From Eledone cirrhosa (Eukaryota): a DNA stretch of 64,000 bases. The notes beneath the pieces are model-generated. The model had not been told where the DNA came from. It made no database searches and saw only the letters and a program-made list of their open reading frames with translations. Below are positions 28,556-39,854 of the stretch, piece after piece (position 1 is the first letter of the stretch; every line of letters begins with the position of its first letter). The stretch is taken from assembly GCA_964016885.1 (NCBI GenBank), contig OZ024740.1:425382001-425446000 (forward strand), read 5' to 3'. The position numbers and the translations under genes were made by a program.

Positions 28556-28735
28556 ATTTATATATATATTTTTTTTTCAGTCCTACGCTTCAACCTCATT
28601 TGCATATTCATCAAAATAATTTGAAATATTTGTTTTTTCCTTTCTTCCTCTTTTTCACTCTTTCCTTTCACTTATCCAAACAGAACCGTTAAGGTCTCAT
28701 TCCTGGGTATGTCACTATTTAGAAAACAAACTCTG

Positions 28736-28795
28736 TATTTTATCTGATGAGAGCGACCAAAGTTTTGGTACCCTTGAAATATATATAATAGAATA
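28736..28795 (+). ncRNA. Hammerhead ribozyme
   Basis: tattttat-CTGATGA-gagcgaccaaa..ttggtaccctt-GAAA-tatata-TA-atagaata; homologue at 50703-50767(-). Confidence 0.7.
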
Positions 28796-28886
28796 AATAT
28801 GGTTTTATAAATATAGTTTCCATTTATTAATATCATTGATATATATATATACAGATACATATACATATATATATATATATACATAT

Positions 28887-28956
<70 letters not shown>

Positions 28957-29012
28957 CTTTTACCTGTTTCAGCCATCTGACTGAGGCCATGAGATAGATA
29001 TGTGTATATATA

Positions 29013-29057
<45 letters not shown>

Positions 29058-29220
29058 ATAATAAATTTGAAGTTAAGGGTGAAAGCAGCTATTCTTTGCT
29101 TAAACTTTAATCTGTTATTTTAATATATATATATATATGCGTGTGTGTGTTTGTGTGTGTGTATACTTTTCACCGTACATACAGCTTGCGTAAAAGAAAT
29201 TGCTTTCATATGCTAGCAAG

Positions 29221-29260
<40 letters not shown>

Positions 29261-29371
29261 CGTTGTTTGCATTAACATTCATACACGCACGCGTGTGCCT
29301 GCACGTTCTGACACACACATAAACTGATGATGCCTCTTTACTGAGTTTATGAGAGAGGAGGGAAGCAAAGT

Positions 29372-29428
<57 letters not shown>

Positions 29429-30717
29429 GGGAGTGAGGGAGGAAGAGAGGGTGTGTGGAAGGGAGAGAGAACGTTAAACAAAATCAATGTTCATTAAAGT
29501 GCGACAAAGTTGTCTCTAACACATTAACATAGTGTGATAAACGCTTATGTAACAGCCTTTTATTCGACATCCCAACAGATAACGTGCCGGTTTTATGTAT
29601 TTTCCTGATTATAAGACCTGAAGGAACTTTAATTGTTATATGGTCATAGTATGAAGATTTCGACTGGTAACAAAGATAAAATGATAGTTTATAACCTCTC
29701 TCCGGGGCTTGCTCATAGACATACGGAAGCTAATGTGGGCTATGTTATACAAGCTAACGTCCAGTTGGTCGCTCAACCAATCAATATAAAACAAGCTTCG
29801 CAGTCGACATCATTTAACCAGCTACGCTAATGTGGAATGTTCCGAGTCACTTAATATTTCCTTACTTTAGACTAAGTGGCTTTTTATAGCGCTTGGCGAA
29901 TGTTTATTCAACAAGTCATTGAGATTAAAGATGGCTGCGCCGATAAAAGACGTAATTGGGCAGTTAGGCGTTTGGTAATATTTGGCTAAATTATGTTCAA
30001 TCTGAAGAGACAAACACATTCATATTTGAATGAAAATATTAAATAGCACCTTCAGGGACATTATCCTTTCAGATTGATTGATGATAGCCAAATAAATGTC
30101 ACGTAAGTAGCTGCAAACCTAAACAAGCTCGCTGGCATATTTCCCTTCCTCCATCAAGCCAGTCTTCTTGCCAATGTATTCTACAGCTACAACTTGCCGA
30201 TTATTGATAACGATCGTATTACAAACAACAATTGCCTGCATTTCATAAAGCTGTTAGCCTTATTAGTCTTTTAATATTTCAAGTATTTTTCAGATAATAC
30301 TCATAATATTTTGATGCATAGGCGCGAACAGACGTCAAAAATGCCTAAGAAAACTTATCACTACATCTCTCTATCTATATATATTTATCTATATATTTAT
30401 CTGTTTTACCTAATTTACTCTATCAATGCATGTATAAAGGAATGTATATGTATCTATATATGTATGTGTGTGTATGTATGTATATATGTATGTATGTGTG
30501 TGTGTGTGTGTATGTGTGTGTGTGTGTATATATATATATATGTGCATGTGTCTATGTATATATGTATGTATATGTGTATGTATGAATGTATATGTGTATG
30601 TATGTATATATGTATGTATGTATGTGTGTATGTATGTACGTATGTATATATGTGTGTATGTATGTATGTGTGTATGTATGTATGTATGTATGTATGTATG
30701 TATGTATGTATGTATGT

Positions 30718-31322
30718 CAGGTCACCACTTGGTGCTACAGGTAACACGTATCCCAGTACAACCTGTCTCATGGTCGGGTCGTTGGCGACTAAACTGGCAA
30801 CCCCACCAAGGTTTCTTGGTGAGGAGGGTGACTTTGGACATCCTGCAGGACTAAAAACAAAACCTGTCAAAGGGCAAAGGAGCTCTTAAGAGTCAATGGC
30901 CATCCAAAATCACTGGGAGAGATGACCCCTTAGCCTTTGTCAAGGCAGAATTCTAGGAGAAGGAAAATTCTGATATAACACCTGCAACCCTGATGGTATC
31001 CAATGATGTTGACTTGTTCTTCTTTTTGGTAAATATCATCTTGGTTAAGAGAGTGGGACTGGCTTTGTGCAGTGCCTTTGCTCACTATAAAAGCTTCACG
31101 GCACAAGCATTGCTTTATATCTGGAGATCTCTCTGCACTTGTCGTCACATGGTACCATGGGCCCAGCACTATGTGTCAATAATTGTCACAAGTGTAGTGT
31201 TTGTACCAGAGTTTTCAAGTCGCTGGCTGGACTAAAAAGTCACACTCGTTCAGCGCATCGGTAGGGGTTCTCCTACATGGATATAAAGTAGTGGCCGTAC
31301 TCGAAAACAAGTTGGCAGCCAT
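30718..31322 (+). mobile_element. Unclassified GC-richer insert in (TATG)n, possibly a LINE 5' leader or SINE
   Basis: Sharp composition change bounded by (TATG)n on both sides; no coding motif recognised. Confidence 0.35.
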
Positions 31323-31338
31323 CATGTATGTATGTATG

Positions 31339-31762
31339 TTCTTCTGGTTTTATAATTTCACAAAGTTTTACCAATAGAGAGAGAGAGTCGGTTTCTAACA
31401 TAGACACAAGACTCTCTCATTGGAATTTACACAACATCAACTAGGTAGATATGTATGTCTGCATGTGTAGATATGGATGTTATTGTATGTGTGGATGTGG
31501 ATGTTTTGAGTTGTATGTGTGCATGTGCATACGCTTTGTATCTGTACATGTGTATATGCAGTTATTAGATGCAACATTTTTGGAATGTCTTACATATTTT
31601 TACTGTTCCATTAATGGATTGTACTTGTAATTTCCTAACTAGTTGTGTTCTTTCTGTTCCTATGAAGCCCAGCTTCTCCAGATTTGTATTGAGGCAGTTA
31701 CTAACATACCCCAGTGCCCCAATAATCACAGGCATAAATCTGAAGGTGTAATCAGGGTGGAG
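31339..31762 (-). mobile_element. 5'-truncated 3' fragment of the R4/Dong-like LINE
   Basis: Duplicate of 31782-32154; minus frame LHPDYTFRFMPVIIGALGYV is the end of an RLE domain. Confidence 0.8.
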
Positions 31763-31781
31763 ATGTATGTATGTATGTATG

Positions 31782-34700
31782 TTCTTCTGGTTTTATAATT
31801 TCACAAAGTTTTACCAATAGAGAGAGAGTCGGTTTCTAACATAGACACAAGACTCTCTCATTGGAATTTACACAACATCAACTAGGTAGATATGTATGCA
31901 TGCATGTGTAGATATGGATGTTATTGTATGTGTGGATGTGTATGTGTGCATGTGTATATGCTTTGTATCTGTACATGTGTATATGCAGTTATTAGATGCA
32001 AAATTTTTGGAATGTTTTACATATTTTTACTGTTTCATTAATGGATTGTACTTGTAATTTCCTAACTAGTTGTGTTCTTTCTGTTCCTGTGAAGCCTAGC
32101 TTCTCAAGATTTGTATTGAGGCAGTTACTAACATATCCGAGTGCCCCAATAATCCTTCAAAGTGGGAGCCAATATAGCAGTTGTTGGTCCAAGATAGACT
32201 TTATCTATATTACTCTCCCTTTGAAGCTTCCTGGCAACATATCCATGCATGATTTTTTGCTGATAGGCATGCAGTTTTTCATCCATGGATTCACTGCGAT
32301 ACTGCTGAGCGACATCCCTGGGTGTGAGTTTTTGATTATCACACCGGGAATATCTCTCAAGGAGTTCCTTCCCAACTCTCATGATCTTATCTGTTTCATG
32401 CAGATAGACTTGCTCGAGAAGCGGGCTCCTACGCTTCGAGGTTCGTAGATGTTGACTGAGAGATATGATGCGACATTCAAATGTTGTCTGGACTGATGTT
32501 AGGCCTCTGCCTCCCTGCTTACGTTTCAAGTAAAGGCGGTCTATGTCACTATTGATGTGCAAGTTTCCGGTGTTGTTCAGTAATTTTCGAGTTCCAACAT
32601 CAACTGCTTGGATTTCGTCTATCGTCCAATTGAGTATTCCAAACGTTGGTGTTAGGACAGGCACAGCAAACACATTGTGAGCCACTGTTTTGTTTTGCGC
32701 AGAGAGTTCCGATGACCAGATCTTTCTTAATCGGGTGTAGTATTCCCTGGTTACGCGTTCTTTATTACATATACCATTATAGGATATGTTCTCATCTATC
32801 CCCAGGTATCTGTAGCAGTCCTCATCAGATATCGGTGAAACAGTTAGACCATTGATGACAATGTTGCTAGATTGGGTTGTTGCTTTTCCCCGCTTTACAG
32901 TCATGTATGAGCATTTATCTTGGCCAAACTCCAGTCCTATATCCTTTGAGAACGTTGTAACCAGGTCAAGATTTTTCTTCATCCCATCTATGTTCTTGGC
33001 ATAGAGTTTCAGATCATCCACAAAGAAGTTATGGGGTAGGTTCGTATTTCTGTCCTCCTGTGAACCAATGATGTATCCCTCACATTTCTTGAGCAGAAAG
33101 GACAAGGGGTTTATTGACAAGATGAACAATATCACAGAGAAACTGTCCCCCTGAAATATACCCCTGCGATATTTTACTTTATCAGTGAAAATAGAGTCCT
33201 CCCTCTCTGTCTTTAACCTTAGGATAGTAGCCCAAGAAGAAGACAGCCTCTCTATGGCTCTGACAATAATGTCTGGGACTTTAGTAAGCTGGAGGGCCTC
33301 TATCATCCAAGAGCGGGGAACAGAAACGAAAGCTTTCTTGTAGTCCAGCCAGACTGTAGTCATATTCCTCCTAAGTTGTCGCACCTCCGACATCGCAGTT
33401 TTGTTGATTAGGAGTTGTTCAGCACATCCCCAAACCCTTTTCTTTCCAGCTGCTTGTTCATCTGTGATAATGTTATTATTTTCACAGTGATCTTGGAGGA
33501 ATAGGTTCAGGCAGGCTGTATACATCTTATACATCAGGTTCTGGCATGCAATGGGTCGGCAGTTTTTGCCAAGTTGGTGTCTTTGCTCTTGGGGACCAGT
33601 AACGTTTGTGCTAATGTCAACCATTCTGGTATAAGTGTATCTCCCTTAAGAACTTGTTGGTAGAGGTCAGTAAGATACCTCCGATAGAATATCAGTTTTT
33701 TGTACCAGTAGCCGACAATCATGTCTCTTCCTGGTGTTTTCTTATCTTGGAGTTTTCCTATCACAGTCTCAAGGGTACCCTCACTTATTTCATATGTTTT
33801 TGTTGTAGTGTAGGAGCAATAGTTCTTTCGGATTTCGCTTAGCCACACTGCATCTTGGTTGAAATTCTTCTTTTCACCCCATATTTTTCTCCAAAAGGAA
33901 TCTATGTCTTTCTGGGATGGGGCCTCAGTGACACTTATTATTTTGCCCTTCATATCTCTATAGACTGATGTTTGGTTTCGTCTGAATCTTTTATTAAGCA
34001 TTTTTCTCTCATCTACCTTCTTCAGGTATCAGCGTTTTTCGCTAACAGCTCTCAATTCTTGTTTGAGGGTGATCAGCTTATATTGGAGAGTTCTGTTTCT
34101 ACTGTTACCAAACATCTTCTCTATTTTATTTTTCACTCTTTGTTGGTGAGGAGTGATGTTTTTTTTAGTTTGTTTGCATGTAAGGAGCATTATCACATGA
34201 CCTATGTTTTTTCGTAGGTCAGCACTCTTTTTTTCTATTTTAGTTATATATGATGGTATTTTTGGTGGTGTTTTGTTCTTGTTAATATCTCTGCTATCAC
34301 CAAGATAATGCTCCACTGTCATTGCTAAGGCATATAAACAGGCGTTGATTTGCCAAAATGTTGGGGTTTTTATCCGTCGTAAATATTCATCCCCTATTTC
34401 GTCAATAACACGTAGTATTTCATTATTTGGCTTTTTATTCACCATTGTCATTTTAACACGTTCAGCCAGAGAGATATTTATACATGAGTTAATTTCTCTC
34501 TGGAAGATTTCGTTGAGGGAAATTTTCAATTGTTTATACTTTTGATTATCATTATGGATAGTATTTTCCACAACAGTCGAGGTAGACTCGGATGGTATAC
34601 GTGGTGTCACATTTATTTGATTATTATTATTATTTCCTCGATTATTATTATCGATAGTGTTTTCCCCAGCATTCGAGGTAGACTTAGATAGTACACGTGG

Positions 34701-35356
34701 TGTCAAATTTCTTACAGGCATAGTTGTTTCAAGGCGCTGTTCGACCTGGCTGCTAGGAAGTCTAGTAGCATGGCGATCTGTAGCACGTGTTGTTGATTCC
34801 ATGTTTGTTGTGGGGGACTTACAATTAATAATATTTATCTTATTTTTACGTTCAACAAACATCGCTTGTTGGCGTAATTGTTTCGCTGTGAAATAATTTA
34901 GCTCTGGGTGCATTTCGTCCCAGTGTAGCTTCATTCTATTCATATAGCCAATGGAGGGATTGTTTTTTGCCATTTTATAACAATTAAATAAATCATTATT
35001 AAGTTCGCAACCCCAAGAGAAATGCGATTTATAATTTCGGTTTCTTCTGTAGCTACAACTGAATAAAGTTTGATTACCTTCTTTGTTATTTGTCTTCGAT
35101 ACTTCCTTAATTTTCTTGTTGATGTTGTGTTCAGCCATGCTGTTTGTAGCAAATCCTTGTAAAATGAATTATGTATTTAGTCGGATATCTCTACGAATTC
35201 GAATAAAAGGTGTCTTCAGAAGGGATAGTTAGAAGAATAACCAGTTATTCAACCTGGCTGTAGTTGTGGCATTACTGTCGGAGATAGTATTCATCTTAAA
35301 TTTAATAAATAGTCTCCCACGCCAAAATATGCGACTGATCGCGTTGACTGATGGAA
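31782..35356 (-). mobile_element. R4/Dong-like RLE non-LTR retrotransposon, frameshifted and internally deleted
   Basis: ORFs 34029-35138, 33534-34001 and 32128-33624: N-terminal W...CY...GY..RM..W block; RT motifs RPIAC, WLDYKKAF, RGIFQGDS, FVDDLKLY, YRYLG; flanked by (TATG)n. Confidence 0.85.
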
Positions 35357-35684
35357 TGTATGTATGTATGTGTGTGTGTATGTATGTATGTATGTATGTA
35401 TGTATGTATGTATGTATGTATGTATGTATGTATGTATGTATGTATGTATCTATGTATGTGTGTGTGTATGTATGTATGTATGTATGTATGTATGTATGTG
35501 TGTGTGTATGTATGTATGTATGTATGTATGTATGTATGTATGTATGTATGTATGTATGTATGTATGTATGTATGTATGTGTGTATGTTAGTCGGACTGGC
35601 TGAAAGTATGGATGAATGATGAATACATTAATATGTTTATCTACCTTTCATCTGTTTGTGTACGCCTGTCATTGAGTATGAGAA

Positions 35685-35754
<70 letters not shown>

Positions 35755-36060
35755 TCAACAATGGTGAGCTGTGTTGTTGCAATGGTGTATAAAAAATGAA
35801 GAATTAGAAATAGATGTCAGGATTAATATATATATATATATATATATATAAATGTGTGTGTGTGTACGTGTGTGTGTGTGTGGTGTAACAATTACTTTCA
35901 TGGTTGTCAAATAACTATCGTGTTTAGAAATTGACTATTTAATGGGTTTTTTTTATACATGAATAAAACACGTACACAGACAGACACACACTCACACACA
36001 CACAAACAGAACACATACACACACACACATACACACACACATATATATATGTATATTTAT

Positions 36061-36227
36061 ATAGGAAAAAGTATGACCCTGACGGCTATTTCTGGACTGA
36101 AATAGCCGTTGAAACGGCTTGAGCTCTGCCGTCAGGGTCATACTGTTTCCTATTTCCCACTCTACTACCCTAAGTATTGAGTACTCTGGTGCGTTATGGT
36201 CGATCTGGTTCCTTACCACAATTCCTT

Positions 36228-36229
<2 letters not shown>
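36061..36229 (+). mobile_element. Mini-element family 1, longest copy (HHR stem II, GAAA, stem III, GUC)
   Basis: gacggctatttc/tggact/gaaatagccgtt-GAA-acggc/ttgagctct/gccgT-C-agggtcatac, closed by a ~24-bp fold-back arm. Confidence 0.75.
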
Positions 36230-36267
<38 letters not shown>

Positions 36268-36274
36268 TAACATC

Positions 36275-36340
36275 TCTGTCTGACGACGGACTCAGACGTA
36301 TGCTATTATTGTCTGTGATCCTGAAACCTTTGGTAATGGA
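36275..36340 (+). ncRNA. Hammerhead ribozyme
   Basis: tctgt-CTGACGA-cggactcagac...gtctgtgatcct-GAAA-cctttgg-TA-atgga. Confidence 0.7.
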
Positions 36341-36435
36341 GTAGTTATATTTTGTGTTGTTCACTTTCCAATTAAATAGCTCTGTTCTACACATAGATCA
36401 CTCTTTTTTCCTTTGCTTTTCCTTCGGAATTACCT

Positions 36436-36522
<87 letters not shown>

Positions 36523-36544
36523 CATGCATACATATGTATATACC

Positions 36545-37110
36545 ATTGATTTCTCTTCCAAACACATACACTTTTCTACCAGGAAGGAATACCTCCGGCC
36601 CCTGCTGTAGAAGAACGACATTTTTATCAAAACACTAAGACTTCTTCGACCAACACAACCAGCAGCAGGACAACTTCCAACAGAAAGAAAGATTTATGGA
36701 TTCAAATCCATATTGACCCTACAGGCCAACCCTCAATTGGTTGAATTTGAAGCTGAGCTCTTCTCTCTGATCAAGGATAAATTAAATCAAACAGCACACT
36801 AACGAGTTCCAGGGAGAAAACTCCAACAATTCATCAGAGAACTCTTAAACACGAATAACCTCCTGGTACACTTATCGTTACCCTAAACGTTAACACAGCT
36901 TCATCTACAACAGCCTCACTTCTAATTACAGAAAGACCAACCACTCAACCACAACACAATCAATAAAGCGGGCCAGCGGTTTACCTTCGACGTCTTAATC
37001 CAAGACAGAAGAAAACACCTTAGCCCACAGGAACCATGAACGACCATCAGCGTGATTTCAGCAGCAACCCAACTATACTTCACATCGACCCCACCAAGCA
37101 AGATAGGTTA
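36545..37110 (+). pseudogene. Decayed 5' part of a second Penelope-like ORF
   Basis: Broken frames FSSKHIHFSTRKEYL, YGFKS, PQLVEFEAELFSLIK and KLQQFIRELLNTNNLLVH align by eye with STKNIPIPSRNTY, FGFKT, NSFENDLVKLV and KLNTSIS..SNKIIVH of the 819-aa ORF. Confidence 0.6.
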
Positions 37111-37124
37111 GCAGCCAACTGTTG

Positions 37125-37317
37125 GACCGCATTATATGCAGCATCGGTAGAGGGTCGGACGCCATGCTTTGACGCATAGAGTTATGGCCCTTGCCATTCT
37201 GAGTTCAAATCCCGCCGAGGTTAACTTTGCCTTTCATCCTGACGGGATCGATAAAATAAAGTACCAGTAATACACTGTGATAATTGCTGCCCTTGTGCCA
37301 AAAGTAGAAACAATTAT
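37125..37317 (+). mobile_element. tRNA-derived SINE family B
   Basis: B-box GAGTTCAAATCCC plus shared core and tail. Confidence 0.8.
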
Positions 37318-37332
37318 GAGAGAGAGAGAGAC

Positions 37333-37631
37333 AGGCTCCTTCGGTCAAAAGTGACCATGGGATTTACACTTAGAAAGTTTTCTTCGAGACAAAAGTCTGG
37401 ACAAGATCTGTTTGTGAAAGACGCCCCACTCCACGCCACCAATGTTGTACAAGGGAAAGGCAATGGCCGATGTAGCTTGGCACCAGTGACGTCGCAACAC
37501 ATTTCTACAGCTGAGTAAACTGGAGCAACGTGAAATAAAGTGTCTTGCTCAAAAACGCAACACACAATCCTGTCCGCGAATCAAACTCACACCTCCATGT
37601 TTGTAAGCCCGAAGCTCTTACCACTAAGCCA
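37333..37631 (-). mobile_element. tRNA-derived SINE family A, near full length
   Basis: Minus strand tggcttagtggtaagagc...gagtttgattcg...ttgagcaagacactttatttcacgttgctccag. Confidence 0.8.
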
Positions 37632-37737
37632 TATATATACATAACATACGAATACGTTTGTATAGTAGTATATATTTATGTATCTAGCTATCGGTAGCAG
37701 TATATATATAAATATACTTTAATGAGAGTGCTTAAGA

Positions 37738-38030
37738 CTATTCAACAGAATTCGTAATATGATCGGCTTGTCTCCCCACAACCCCGGCGGATAGAAAGGA
37801 GAAGGCGTTTCTCCGGAAGACGGCAAGGGAGACGCGCTGGAAAAGCCACTCCAACTCGCGGGACTCACACCTGCGGCTGGCCAGATCAGCGCCTATGGTG
37901 GTGAGTAGGGAGGTAGTCCTAGGGCCGAGGACACCAGAAGTCTCCACTGCCAAGGGAAACAACCGCAAACCTGTCGGAGAGCGACCGGTATTTGAGGAGT
38001 TTGGCCTCCCCAGCCCGACGTGCAGTAGAA
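37738..38030 (-). mobile_element. CRE-like non-LTR retrotransposon 3' fragment (RLE C-terminus)
   Basis: FPLAVETSGVLG...LFQRVSLAVFRRNA resembles the conserved end of CRE-clade ORFs. Confidence 0.7.
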
Positions 38031-38151
38031 CCTGGGTTAGTGTTTTATGTATTTATATATCACACACTCTCTCTCCACCTCCCCTTCTCTCTCTTTCTCT
38101 CTCCCTCTCCACCCCCTTCTCCTATATATCTATCTATCTATCTATCTATCT

Positions 38152-38226
<75 letters not shown>

Positions 38227-38281
38227 GTACCTATCTATGACCTTTGTGTTGTTTTCATTGTTCAAGATACACATACACACG

Positions 38282-38333
<52 letters not shown>

Positions 38334-38364
38334 AAGAATCAAAGAACTGTTCAAAACATTATTG

Positions 38365-38412
38365 TGCTTACAGCTGTTTCCTCCAAACCGAGGTTTGGAT
38401 TCTTCGGAGCAA
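38365..38412 (-). ncRNA. PLE hammerhead ribozyme (mirror copy)
   Basis: Reverse complement of 44665-44712. Confidence 0.7.
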
Positions 38413-39854
38413 TTTATTAATGCATGGACAGTTATATGACCTCCTTTTCAGCCGAGAGACATACCAAATACATATTCAAACATTGATACATATTCAAACA
38501 TTGTGGGTCAACATTCATTACAGAATTTAGAGTGGCAGTACACACTTCGAGATTACATTTATATTAATAGGTACAATCAAAAATCAAAGATATAGGTTAA
38601 AGTACAACATGAAGATAAGTGGTTATATAGTGCAAATGTTATATGTGTGGCACGCATGTGCGTCTTGTTTATATAGTGTGGCAGAGAGATATGTGTGGTA
38701 GAGGCACTTAGGTAGGTAAATAAGAGTGTTAGGTTGGTAGGTCTGGTGGCAAAGTCTTTATATGATTGATATAGTCTGTGTGTGGAGAAATATTATAAGC
38801 ATTAAAGATAGTGCAAGCATTAAAAGTGTTATAAGTATTGGAGATGCACAGCGCAGGGATGTCAAGTAATTCATGTACTTCGGCATTTTCATGGTCAAGG
38901 GAGTGTATATTTCGATTATATGCCTTTCACATAATCCACGACAATCCAGTTAGAGATCGTAGTCTGGTGTTCTTTAGTTCGATACAGGAGGTTGTTACGT
39001 TTCGAGAAACGCCATTGAATACCGGAAGTGTGTGTGTGGCTAAGGGGAGTTAATGCATGCGGGGAGGTAACTCTGGGGTTTCTATATCTAGCCATTAAAA
39101 TGTGTCCCAATATAGACCCTAAATTCTATGGTGAGGTGCACCTTCCAAGAGAGACTTTTAAAGCATAAAGTGTACTAACTATAGAGTAGTTTAACTAAAT
39201 TATGCTGAAGGTGATCATATTATTATTAAGGTGGATTAACCCATCTTAAGGTGCTACAAATGGAAATTATAGATGATGAGCGAGGATTCTAAATTAATGA
39301 TCTCTGTGGTTGTAGTCTGCTCATATGACCAGGCGCGGTGATTGCAGGATTGTTTCAGGACCCAATGATCTCTGGTAAGATCTGGGTCATCGCTTGCTAC
39401 ATTGGATGTCGAAAGATAATCGTCCCCAGGCAGGCCAAAGGTCAATCCGCAGTCCTCGCGACCCCTCTCTGACCGTCAGATCATCCATATACGTACAACC
39501 CGCACGGCAGTTGCATTGCATTCACTCACTGCGCTCAGCAGCCCGGTCCTACTGGTCAACAGCGCTACTCGATTAAATCATTTTACATCTGTCTAAGGAA
39601 GGTGTTTCCTCTGCCCAACACCATCCAACCGATCAATTCATGCTAAAATTACCCTTAGAGCGGTGTAGTGCCATCAAGTGGGTGGATGTTGTCACACCTG
39701 CCGTAGAGGTATAAATGGGTATTTTCCCTGCGAAGGGTTCCAGAGGGATGTCGTTGTTTGTGTTATAATGGATCAGCTAGTGTTGGGTATGTAGTATAGG
39801 GTGTGTTTCTGGTGTTTGATGCTAGATGTGGTGTTAGGTTCCAGTCCGACATTG

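Noticed and set aside
29931-29978. Host first exon (AAGATGGCTGCG, MAAPIK...)
   Set aside because: Stops after 15 codons; no supporting downstream exon can be identified.
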